From: an uncultured Clostridia bacterium
GTDB lineage: Bacteria; Bacillota; Clostridia; Christensenellales; Borkfalkiaceae
Reading direction: 5' to 3'
Assembly (NCBI GenBank): GCA_947631905.1
Contig: CANRND010000010.1
Location: 2,827 to 66,826, forward strand
DNA length: 64,000 bases
This document shows, piece by piece, positions 21,601 to 27,884 of this stretch. A program made the translations under genes and the position numbers. Positions within the stretch are counted from its first letter, which is position 1; every line of letters begins with the position of its first letter. The notes beneath the pieces were generated by a model, which worked only from the letters and a program-made list of their open reading frames with translations, was not told the DNA's origin and ran no database searches.

Positions 21601-23201
21601 CTCGCTTTTTCTTCGAAGTTGGTCTGGCCTCTGCAAATGAGCGCGATCTTGCCGTCGAGCCGTCCGTTGGACTTGCCCGTGCCGTCGTCGTATTCCATGA
21701 AGTTCTGCGCGCTGCCGATGCCGGGGATGATCTCATACTCGAAATCCCACGTATCCGCGCCCGCGGTCACATAGCCCTGTTCCGCGCCGTACGCCAAGAT
21801 CTCTTCGACGAAATCTTTGGGTTCCGCCGCGCTGTCGGAGGCCTCGGTGAAATAGATGATCGTTTCGCCCAGTTTGAGATAGGGCGTTTTCACACCGCTG
21901 ATGGAGGCGACGGAGAGAGCCGCGTCGTAAGTGGAGGGCGAACCGACGGTGGAAGAGTCGGGATTGCTCGTAAGCCCGAGGTTGCCGTTCTTTTCCGAAC
22001 CGAAAGTGGAGTTATAGCTGTTGGAGGCGGCCACCACAAGGCTGATGCCCTGCTCTTTGATCCTGTCGTACACCGCATAGCGCTGGTCCGAGTCCACCTC
22101 TCTCGTAAAGCCCGCGGCGGAGCCGAGGGACATGTTGATGACGTCTACGCCGAGTTTCACGCAGTCTTCGAGGGCGGCGACGATCCACGAGGTCCTTGCG
22201 CCGTCCGTTCTGTCGGAGAATGTCTTCATCACGGCGAGCTGTGCGTTGGGCGCGACCCCTCTGATGCCGTTTTCGTTCACGTCTCTGTCGTTGCCGACCA
22301 TAACGCCCGCCACGTGGGTGCCGTGTTCGTTGTAAATGGGCGAAACGTCGTCGTCCTTATCCGCGTAGTCGTAAGCGTAGGGGACCTTGCGGCTCAAATA
22401 GACGTTCGCCGCCGTCAGACCGGGGGTCGTTTTGGCGGCTTCGAGTTCCCCCACCACCGTGCGCAAAGTTGCGGGCGTGATCACGTCCGAAGCCGCGTCC
22501 GGGGTAAAGCGGGCGGGATCGAACGCGGTGTGCGTAGAATCGAGACCGGTATCGAGTACGGCGATGACCGTACCCGTGCCGTCGTATTCGGAATCGGAGC
22601 TGTCGAAAATACCCGTGTCGTACACGTTGACTTTGTTTTCGACGACCTGCGTCTCGCACGCGGCGTACTCTTCGCCGACCATTACGCTCGCCTGCCCTTT
22701 CACGGCGTTGCAGAGCGTGTTAAAGGCGCTCGCCTTGATGATGACTTCCACGCCGCCGAGGAGGGTATCGAAGCGGTCGCCCGTCTCGTACTGCACGCCC
22801 GCGTTGGTGAGTTTCGTCAAAAGCGCGTTGCTCTTCTTTGCAATGGCGGAAGATACCGCTTTCCCCTCGCGGGTCGCGGCATACTCGCCCACCGTCATAT
22901 CCCCGCCGAACGCGTTAAAGCCGTCGAGGACGGTATCGCTCTCCACGCCGAGGATCACGGAGATCTCACGGTCGCCCGCTACGCCCTCCGGGAGTTTTTC
23001 TACCACGGAACTGTCGAAATATTGCGAAAGATCGCTGCCGACCGCTCCCGTAACGTCGACAACTTCGCCCTTCTCTGCGCCGCTGCTGGCAGACAACGTT
23101 TTTCCGTGCGATTGCAAAGAAGGCAATACCGCCGAAAAAACCATCGTGCCGGAGAGTATCAAAGCGGACATTCCGAGAAGAAATTTCCTTTTGGACTTCA
23201 T
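15651..23201 (-). CDS. Giant (2516 aa) cell-envelope subtilisin-family (S8) protease fused to Big_2 and BspA-type leucine-rich repeats, with C-terminal TM anchor and acidic tail
   Basis: Signal peptide. Catalytic motifs VLDTGLD (~nt 22550), NEHGTHVAG (~22315), GTSMASP (~21285). PA-like insert GKIALICRGQTNFEEKA. Big_2-like segment VARVVNGKLIGVSSGDAELTA (~19441-19560). About 800 aa of xIGxxAFxxC LRRs (~16500-18905). TM helix YLWLYIVAGVVAVAAIAAVVAVLLL (~15843-15922), then a Glu/Thr-rich tail. Confidence 0.9.
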   Translation of the reverse strand: MKSKRKFLLGMSALILSGTMVFSAVLPSLQSHGKTLSASSGAEKGEVVDVTGAVGSDLSQYFDSSVVEKLPEGVAGDREISVILGVESDTVLDGFNAFGGDMTVGEYAATREGKAVSSAIAKKSNALLTKLTNAGVQYETGDRFDTLLGGVEVIIKASAFNTLCNAVKGQASVMVGEEYAACETQVVENKVNVYDTGIFDSSDSEYDGTGTVIAVLDTGLDSTHTAFDPARFTPDAASDVITPATLRTVVGELEAAKTTPGLTAANVYLSRKVPYAYDYADKDDDVSPIYNEHGTHVAGVMVGNDRDVNENGIRGVAPNAQLAVMKTFSDRTDGARTSWIVAALEDCVKLGVDVINMSLGSAAGFTREVDSDQRYAVYDRIKEQGISLVVAASNSYNSTFGSEKNGNLGLTSNPDSSTVGSPSTYDAALSVASISGVKTPYLKLGETIIYFTEASDSAAEPKDFVEEILAYGAEQGYVTAGADTWDFEYEIIPGIGSAQNFMEYDDGTGKSNGRLDGKIALICRGQTNFEEKASLARKYGAVGCIIYNNVSGTISMNVGRLGNYPVCSLSRDDGELLLRAATKKIRISRSQEAGPFMSDFSSWGPTPDLRIKPEITAHGGDIYSAIPGQSYDRMSGTSMASPNQAGVTALVRQYVKDNFGFEGNDPETRRKITATVNQIMMSTADIALNTNGLPFSVRKQGAGLANLEKSTHSPAYLETFDRDSGEIMDKAKIELGDDPGKTGVYTMKFNIVNIGNSNVSYDVSATVMTEGVSEVLTYKGDTTVTEKGYLLDGAKIEVTGAENCTRSGNSVTVSGKTTATVTLTVTLTEENKEYIERSFKNGMYVEGFVTLKDRSNGSNKYDLNAPFLAFYGSWSAAPLFDLDYFATNADELDDSKETLEKTLPDAYATRPIGGLYDDYIAYLGAFPFLQDPSSTNKISADRDHIALTNQTGEGGGINSIYSVQLGLLRGAKRMVATVTDTTTGELVFAKEERNLSKAYNYGGAIYGSSFDVDFSAADYDLKNNTKYLFRLTGYIDYKDGSVANNTFEFPFYADFTAPIVTGVEYTYEYDRDTETNRLYANISVYDNHYVRGIIPGYLVESEPGADAPYGFYSFDRYIVPVNGGRNSTSVVQIDLTDSLNIIKEESYSKNSFLVQLVDCAQNVSMFELTIPDEIGKIDFEEDVINISPNEIYRLKPTISPSQDVAWAESIIYTSSDEKVARVVNGKLIGVSSGDAELTATSNHNPAITTKVKVHVWKPEDDEFEDFDRPIAENFRLTGYEVNRVYYFLSSDERDLGATEAGDIVLFSSDSYSLKMLPSESVTIQYDLRGYFDESEYKVEFTSSNPNVVEVNKETGQITAKNVDTSGKPLNYERSANISVRLYMRDPDTGEYKSTIMTRSISVTVKAPYTTNGPYLLSYMGLGDKVEIPLDLGITEIQQFAFSNYELVPKDLAAGDEITEEDPLYSKQWYIGNDIITEVVIPEGVKTIGMYAFAGLTNLRSVTFPSTLTKIQTGAFRDCRSLATVKFNGENNLQFINQQAFENCGLLTSFPFRSIVAIGDGAFANAGLIGVSLPATTQSIGAQAFAGDSAIESVSISARKVKIGAQAFYGCSKIQVMELNASVLPEQLFAGCTALSKLKIGADVEVIGDYALRGTKISRLEVDPANPNFTASPNGQYLLEKDTGVLALIAPATMTFRDTQITEIGEGAFSVAAGLTQVTMPAVTKVGDYAFSNCQQLSSVSLGRLESVGDYAFFRTAITTLPTLNPGITVGERAFSATNLLTVTLPENMKIGEYAFAQNYSLRTVSVGAQTVLGEGAFFANYAMTTVTVGDNVTIGNGAFSAISVATLTGGPISSGNTYVTNTQSIPTYINPYLSSLTSVTIGKNVTIGGFAFQGAGSGSYNLPTTSGGTISIGGRLTTVTLGEGTVIGDEAFSGCHYLSDIDFSKVKSIGNYAFMGQQLEYVNYSDVGLVAVRATPFAAAFTEIDLSGLDPEAETPLGAGAFGQNLSLTTVKLPEWLDNVPAETFYGCTALMGFEAGELASVGVGAFTDTAIKAVSLAENAAVGASAFSGCTQLATVNNLEKAASIGAQAFEQTALETADLSGVSLLGNFAFADSKLKSVKLGENLTLLGENPFAGCKIGDFKNDAGETTFGLGENAKVVDGVLFGRCPNGYVLITYPIEKKGESFTVAKDVVRIGARAFLGSKLYSVEIGRRVKAIGDKAFYECNQLAAVAFTSIEAPILEEQYDAEFALGRTGDSGISNYLLYNVGSYNFRGTYYGAEIVPYRTWSADPTGILFGANFVAAIGTPEGREVHKNKTLVMVRPINGTGYENFIYGQYFDVILNGPTAVSDDAQLVIDLIDALPETVSLEDEATVKHIRELYDALNPDQQGCVYNENLQKLLTAENRISYLHSQEKGPDEDNTPQGNPYLWLYIVAGVVAVAAIAAVVAVLLLKKSKKGETDGTEPAEETSETEGETSEETEETQDADAAESAEEENKEETEQTEPQEGTEQSSDDK

Positions 23202-23248
23202 GTTGTTTTACCTCCGAGAAGTTCTTTCTTCGAGCATTATACCGTACT

Positions 23249-23277
23249 ATTATAACCGAATGGAATTTTTTTTGCAA
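23249..23277 (-). promoter_or_regulatory. Candidate sigma-A promoter of the protease/opp unit
   Basis: Minus strand reads TTGCAA (23272-23277), a 17-nt spacer, then TATAAT (23249-23254). A second TATAAT lies at 23236-23241. The start codon at 23201 has RBS GGAGG. Confidence 0.6.
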
Positions 23278-23324
23278 GCATTTCAACGGGCCAAAAATGC
23301 GCGCTTTCCCTTTATAAAGCAAAA

Positions 23325-23375
23325 TTATTCATAAAACATGAAAATTTCGTGAAAATATTCATGTTTATTCATAAA
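23325..23375. promoter_or_regulatory. 51-nt composite operator-like element
   Basis: Layout is [TTATTCATAAA][ACATGAA][aatttcgtgaaaata][TTCATGT][TTATTCATAAA]. Two 11-nt direct repeats 40 nt apart flank a 7-nt inverted repeat. Lies about 50-100 nt upstream of the -35. Confidence 0.4.
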
Positions 23376-23752
23376 TAAAGATATAAGTATTACTTATAAT
23401 TTATGCAGATATGCGTAAATATGCAAACCCGCCCCGAATTTGTTCTCAATACTTTTTGCAAATCGGGGAGCGCGGGAAAAAACGGTCCGCAAAAAAGAAA
23501 GTTTCGAACAATTTCTGCAAGCGGCAAACAACTTTTCGGGGGTCGCGGGCGGGAATAAATATTTTTCCAAGAAAAGGAGAAAGAAAAATATGAAAAATTC
23601 GTGAAATTTTTTGCAAAATAACCCGCCACAAGATATGGTGTGTCGGCGCGCGCCCGAACGCAATTTTTGGCGCAAAAAGCGCCTTTTTTTCGGACCATGC
23701 GCGAAAAAACGCATACGTTCGCGGAAAAAAATTTGCCCGCGAAGCGCGGCAA

Positions 23753-23789
23753 GGGCAAAAATCGGGGGCGCCGCGTGTGCGGCGCCCCC
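23753..23789 (-). terminator. Rho-independent terminator after the GGGtGRT gene
   Basis: 11-bp GC stem GGGGGCGCCGC-gtgt-GCGGCGCCCCC (23764-23789) followed on the minus strand by GAUUUUUG. Lies 30 nt after the stop at 23819. Confidence 0.75.
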
Positions 23790-23818
23790 TTGCAATTATG
23801 CTTGATTTTTTGCAAATT

Positions 23819-24820
23819 TTACTTGTTCATGCCCTCTTGCACGGCGACCGCAACGGCGACCGTAGCGCCGACCATCGGGTTGTTCCCCATGCCGATCAGC
23901 CCCATCATTTCCACGTGCGCGGGAACGGACGAGGAGCCTGCGAACTGCGCGTCGGAGTGCATCCTGCCCATCGTATCGGTCATGCCGTAGGAGGAAGGAC
24001 CCGCCGCCATGTTGTCGGGGTGGAGGGTCCTGCCCGTGCCGCCGCCCGAAGCCACGGAGAAGTAGTTGAACCCGTTCTCGACGCACCACTTCTTGTAGGT
24101 GCCCGCGACGGGGTGCTGGAAGCGCGTGGGGTTGGTGGAGTTGCCCGTGATGGAGACGCCCACCTTTTCGAGTTTCATGATGGCAACGCCCTCGGGAACG
24201 TTGTCCGCGCCGTAGCACTTGACTTTCGCGCGGGGGCCGTTCGAGTAAGGCACCTCTTTGGTGACGGTGACGGTCTCGGTGTAGGGATCGAACACCGTCT
24301 CGCAATAGGTGAAGCCGTTGATGCGGGAAATGATGAACGCCGCGTCCTTGCCGAGGCCGTTCAAAATGACGCGGAGCGGGTTTTTACGCACCTTGTTCGC
24401 GTTCATTGCAATGGAGATCGCCCCCTCTGCCGCCGCAAAGGACTCGTGTCCCGCGAGGAAGCAGAAGCAGTCCGTCTCTTCGGAGAGGAGCATCTTGCCG
24501 AGGTTGCCGTGGCCGAGACCCACTTTTCTGTTCTCCGCAACCGACCCGGGGATGCAGAACGATTGAAGCCCCACGCCGATCGCCGCGGCCGCGTCCGCGG
24601 CCTTTGTGCAACCTTTCTTGATTGCGATCGCCGCGCCGACGGTGTACGCCCAGACGGCGTTCTCGAAGCAGATGGGCTGGGTGCCGCGGACGAGCTTATC
24701 GCAGTCCACGCCCTTTGCAAGGCAGATGTCTCTGCACTCTTCCACGGAGGAGATGCCGTACTCTTTCAAAACGGCGTTGATTTTATCGATCCTTCTTTCA
24801 TAACCTTCAAACAGAGCCAT
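23819..24820 (-). CDS. GGGtGRT family protein (function unknown)
   Basis: 333 aa containing the eponymous motif FSVASGGGTGRTLHPDNMAAGPSSYGMTDTMGRMHSDAQFAGSS. Confidence 0.85.
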   Translation of the reverse strand: MALFEGYERRIDKINAVLKEYGISSVEECRDICLAKGVDCDKLVRGTQPICFENAVWAYTVGAAIAIKKGCTKAADAAAAIGVGLQSFCIPGSVAENRKVGLGHGNLGKMLLSEETDCFCFLAGHESFAAAEGAISIAMNANKVRKNPLRVILNGLGKDAAFIISRINGFTYCETVFDPYTETVTVTKEVPYSNGPRAKVKCYGADNVPEGVAIMKLEKVGVSITGNSTNPTRFQHPVAGTYKKWCVENGFNYFSVASGGGTGRTLHPDNMAAGPSSYGMTDTMGRMHSDAQFAGSSSVPAHVEMMGLIGMGNNPMVGATVAVAVAVQEGMNK

Positions 24821-24831
24821 GTTACACCTCC

Positions 24832-25533
24832 TTATTCCTTACGAGGGTCGATGTACTTCACCGCGCCCTGTTCTTTGTCGAATCTGCCGTAATGGCCCAT
24901 CGCTTTCTGCCATGCTTCGTTGGGTTCGAGGCCTTTTTTGATGAAGTCCGTCATTTTGCCCAGAGAGACGAACTCATAGCCGATCACCTGGTTGTCCTCG
25001 TCGAGCGCAAGGCGGGTGACATAGCCCTCCGCCATTTCGAGATAGCGGACGCCCTTTGCGGCGGTGCCGTACATGGTGCCGACCTGCGAACGGAGGCCCT
25101 TGCCGAGGTCTTCGAGGCCCGCGCCGACGACCAGCCCGTCGTCCGAAAACGCAGACTGCGTTCTGCCGTACACGATCTGCAAGAAGAGTTCGCGCATGGC
25201 GGTGTTGATCGCGTCGCACACGAGGTCGGTGTTGAGCGCTTCGAGAATGGTCTTATGGGGCAGGATCTCCGCCGCCATTGCCGCGGAATGGGTCATGCCC
25301 GAGCAACCGATGGTTTCGATGAGCGCCTCTTGGATCACGCCCTGTTTCACGTTGAGGGTGAGCTTGCACGCGCCCTGCTGGGGAGCGCACCAACCCACGC
25401 CGTGGGTAAAGCCGCTGATGTCCGTGATCTGCTTGGCGCACACCCATTTGCCCTCTTCGGGAATGGGAGCGGGGTCGTGTTTCGGGCCCTTCGCAACACA
25501 GCACATCTCTTCCACTTCACGAGAATATTGCAT
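24832..25533 (-). CDS. NifU/IscU-like N-terminal domain protein (putative Fe-S scaffold-like), partner of the GGGtGRT protein
   Basis: ORF 24832..25593 trimmed to MQYSREVEEMCC (RBS GGAGG 8 nt upstream). Cys-containing motifs GVGWCAPQQGAC and IETIGCSGMTHSAAMAAE resemble IscU/NifU-N. Confidence 0.65.
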   Translation of the reverse strand: MQYSREVEEMCCVAKGPKHDPAPIPEEGKWVCAKQITDISGFTHGVGWCAPQQGACKLTLNVKQGVIQEALIETIGCSGMTHSAAMAAEILPHKTILEALNTDLVCDAINTAMRELFLQIVYGRTQSAFSDDGLVVGAGLEDLGKGLRSQVGTMYGTAAKGVRYLEMAEGYVTRLALDEDNQVIGYEFVSLGKMTDFIKKGLEPNEAWQKAMGHYGRFDKEQGAVKYIDPRKE

Positions 25534-25583
25534 TGTGATTTTCCTCCATATGATCCCCCCTCGGGGAATTGATTTCAACAGCC

Positions 25584-25612
25584 ATTCTACCATATTTTAG
25601 CGGGAATTACAA
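25584..25612 (-). promoter_or_regulatory. Candidate promoter of the NifU-like/GGGtGRT pair
   Basis: Minus strand reads TTGTAA (25607-25612), a 17-nt spacer, then TGgTAGAAT (extended -10, 25584-25589). Confidence 0.5.
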
Positions 25613-25685
25613 GCGCTTACGGCAAAAAAGTTTATATTTTGGCGATGGGAAAGAACGGCCTGCCCTCTTTTAAGGGGGCGCGCGG

Positions 25686-26025
25686 CGAAATGACAATAAA
25701 ACCTCTCGGCGGCCTTTTCCAAAATGTCATGTCGTCCCGCGCGCTACTCTATTTCTCTAAGCGCGGCACGAGCCGTAAGCGAAGTACCGAAGTGGAGACT
25801 ATTTTTGACACCCCTTTTCTCAATACGTCATCCCGAGCGTAGTCGAGGGATCTCTACTTCATTTTTAATGATGTTGAGATTTCTCGATTGCGCTACGCTC
25901 CACTCGAAATGACAAAAGAAGCGCGGAACGAAATGGCACTTAGAATATGTACCTTAGGCGGAATTGAATTCCGCCGCTCCGCCCGCTATTCTAATCACGT
26001 CACCCTGAGCCTGTCGAAAGGTGTC
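25686..26025. repeat. Cluster of dispersed hairpin modules (GTCA-N4-GAGCG...GTCGA-N4'-TCTC family)
   Basis: Modules start at 25726 and 25827 (gtcaTCCCgagcgtagtcgaGGGAtctc). An inverted copy lies at 25876-25912 and another module at 25999-26025 (gtcaCCCTgagcctgtcgaAAGG). The same family recurs at five other loci in the window. Confidence 0.7.
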
Positions 26026-26138
26026 CGCATAAAAGCCGAGCGAATGAGAGGACGAACTCGTTGATGCAGGAGGAGGGTTTCCTCGCACAATTCTTTTCGT
26101 AGCGAAGCAAGCAAAGAATTGTGCGAAACTCGCGTGAA

Positions 26139-26438
26139 TTAAATCTCGATATGTTCGAAGTTTTCGCGGCTCGAACGGCGGTAAAAGATCGCTTTTCGCC
26201 CGATGACGGCAACGACTTCCGCGCCGAGAAGATCGGCGATGTTTGCGGCGAGATTTTCGCCGTCCTCGCCCGCGGCGGGCAGGAGGTTGACCTTGATCAG
26301 CTCATGGGCTTCTAAGGCGGCGGAGAGGCCGTTTAAGAGGTTTTCCGACACTCCCTCTTTCCCGACCTGTGCAATGGGTTTTTGGGTGCTTGCGAGCGAT
26401 TTTAAGCGCGCCCGCTGTTTGGATGTAAACATGCTCAT
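26139..26438 (-). CDS. yhbY: YhbY-like (CRM domain) ribosome-assembly RNA-binding protein
   Basis: 99 aa, TSKQRARLKSLASTQKPIAQVGKEGVSENLLNGLSAALEAHELIKVNL matches the YhbY/CRS1 pattern. Downstream of obg. Confidence 0.8.
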   Translation of the reverse strand: MSMFTSKQRARLKSLASTQKPIAQVGKEGVSENLLNGLSAALEAHELIKVNLLPAAGEDGENLAANIADLLGAEVVAVIGRKAIFYRRSSRENFEHIEI

Positions 26439-26508
26439 TTCTCCTTGTAAGGCTCATTTTTCGGCCGTCTTGCGGCGGTTTGCGGCTCCCCGTCACGTGC
26501 GTCCGTGC

Positions 26509-26542
26509 CGCCCGCCCCCGCGCGAACGCGCGGGGGCGGGCG
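26509..26542 (-). other. 16-bp perfect GC hairpin after obg (terminator-like, no U tract)
   Basis: CGCCCGCCCCCGCGCG-aa-CGCGCGGGGGCGGGCG, 14 nt after the obg stop. Confidence 0.4.
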
Positions 26543-26555
26543 AAATCAAGCGGTT

Positions 26556-27836
26556 TTACGGAACAAACTCGAACTCCGTTTCTCCGACGAGAACGCTGTC
26601 CCCCTCTTTGCAACCCATTTCCGCGAGTTGCTTAAACACGCCGCGCAGTTTGAGAACGCGCTGGAAGTACATCATCGAATCGGGATTGTTCATCACGACG
26701 TTGCGGCAGAGCATGTCGATCAGCCCGCCCGTTAGGACGTACGCGCCGTTTTCGTCCACGAAAATTTCGCAGGTCAGCCCCTCGTCCGTTTCGAGCGCAA
26801 AGTCCTCGTCGGCGGGAATGCGCTCGGCGGGCGGCAGGGTCGCCAAAAGCTCCGCGCAAGCGCGCACCAGCTCTTCGGTCCCCTCCCCCGTGAGGGCGGT
26901 AATGGGGAAAATGCGGTACTTTCTGCCGAATTTCTTGCGGAAGGCTTTCAGATTTTCCTCCGCGCCGAAGCAATCGCACTTGTTGGCGGCGATGAGCATG
27001 GGGAGCGCGGAGAGTTTTTCGGAATAGGCGGCAAGTTCGGCGTTGATTTTGAGAAAATCGTCGATGGGGTCGCGTCCCTCAACGCCCGAAATATCGACGA
27101 CATGGACGATCATGCGCGTGCGTTCGATGTGGCGCAAAAAGTCATGCCCGAGTCCCGCGCCCTCGCTCGCGCCCTCGATAAGGCCGGGGATGTCCGCGGC
27201 GACAAAGCTCTCGTCGTAGTACTTCACCACGCCCAAATTGGGGGACAGGGTGGTGAAATGGTAGTCGGCAATTTTGGGCTTTGCGGCGGAAATTTTGGAG
27301 AGGAGGGTGCTTTTCCCGACGTTGGGGAAGCCGACAAGCCCGACGTCGGCAATGACTTTCATTTCGAGAATGACGACGTGCGGTTTTGTAGCGACCCCTT
27401 TCTGCGCGAAATCGGGGGCGTGGCGGCGCGCGGTGGTAAAGCGGAGGTTTCCCTTGCCCCCTCTGCCGCCCGTGAGCAGGAGGATCTTTTCGCCGTCCTC
27501 AAACACGTCGCAGACGATCTTGCCCGTTTCCGCGTCGCGCACGAGGGTTCCGCAGGGGACTTTGATAACCACGTCCGCGCCGCGCTTCCCCGTGCATTGG
27601 TTGGAGCCGCCCCGTTCGCCGTTTTCGGCGAAGAATTTAGAGGTGAAGCGGAAAGAGAGCAGATCGGTAGTATTGCGGTCGGCAAGAAGATAAACGGAGC
27701 CTCCATCGCCGCCGTCGCCGCCGTCGGGGCCGCAGGCAGGTTTGCCCTTATAGGCTTTGAAAGAATTCATACCGTCGCCGCCGTCGCCGGCTTTTACGGT
27801 GATTTTCACTTTATCGATAAAAGGTCGGTTGTCCAT
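26556..27836 (-). CDS. obg: GTPase Obg/CgtA
   Basis: 426 aa. Obg fold FIDKVKITVKAGDGGDGMNSFKAYKGKPACGPDGGDGGDGGSVYL, G1 GFPNVGKST, and a C-terminal OCT-like domain. Confidence 0.95.
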   Translation of the reverse strand: MDNRPFIDKVKITVKAGDGGDGMNSFKAYKGKPACGPDGGDGGDGGSVYLLADRNTTDLLSFRFTSKFFAENGERGGSNQCTGKRGADVVIKVPCGTLVRDAETGKIVCDVFEDGEKILLLTGGRGGKGNLRFTTARRHAPDFAQKGVATKPHVVILEMKVIADVGLVGFPNVGKSTLLSKISAAKPKIADYHFTTLSPNLGVVKYYDESFVAADIPGLIEGASEGAGLGHDFLRHIERTRMIVHVVDISGVEGRDPIDDFLKINAELAAYSEKLSALPMLIAANKCDCFGAEENLKAFRKKFGRKYRIFPITALTGEGTEELVRACAELLATLPPAERIPADEDFALETDEGLTCEIFVDENGAYVLTGGLIDMLCRNVVMNNPDSMMYFQRVLKLRGVFKQLAEMGCKEGDSVLVGETEFEFVP

Positions 27837-27842
27837 ACAGTC

Positions 27843-27871
27843 AGTATAGCAAAATTTGCGGAATTTAGCAA
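27843..27871 (-). promoter_or_regulatory. Candidate obg promoter placed for a leaderless transcript
   Basis: Minus strand reads TTGCTA (27866-27871), a 17-nt spacer, then TATACT (27843-27848). Only 6 nt (GACTGT) separate it from the ATG at 27836, and no Shine-Dalgarno is present. Confidence 0.45.
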
Positions 27872-27884
27872 GTAAAAATGCGGC

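Noticed and set aside
23343-23357. Calling the operator core a CodY box.
   Set aside because: The consensus AATTTTCWGAAAATT has a 1-nt centre. Here the half-sites TTTC/GAAA are separated by 2 nt and the flanks mismatch. codY is also absent from its canonical position after hslU. It is noted only as a resemblance.
23325-23375. Reading the two TTATTCATA 9-mers as DnaA boxes marking an origin.
   Set aside because: Each is one mismatch from the relaxed TTATNCACA. However, genes on both sides are on the same strand (no strand switch), the site is 38 kb from dnaA, and it sits in promoter-upstream position. I kept it as an operator-like element instead.
23390-23815. ORFs of 141 and 133 aa (minus) and 60-116 aa (plus) in the spacer upstream of the protease gene.
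   Set aside because: They are Arg/Lys/Phe-rich low-complexity translations of A/T-run plus GC-hairpin DNA. Multiple overlapping frames are open, there are no RBS, and they overlap the predicted terminator.
25639-26212. Small ORFs (62-70 aa) inside the hairpin-module clusters. Similar ORFs occur at 27856..28294, 38805..39056 and 62312..62575.
   Set aside because: They are read-throughs of the dispersed repeat modules (recurrent peptides such as VTLSLSKG, RFLDCATLHSK). The same DNA occurs in both orientations and in non-equivalent frames.
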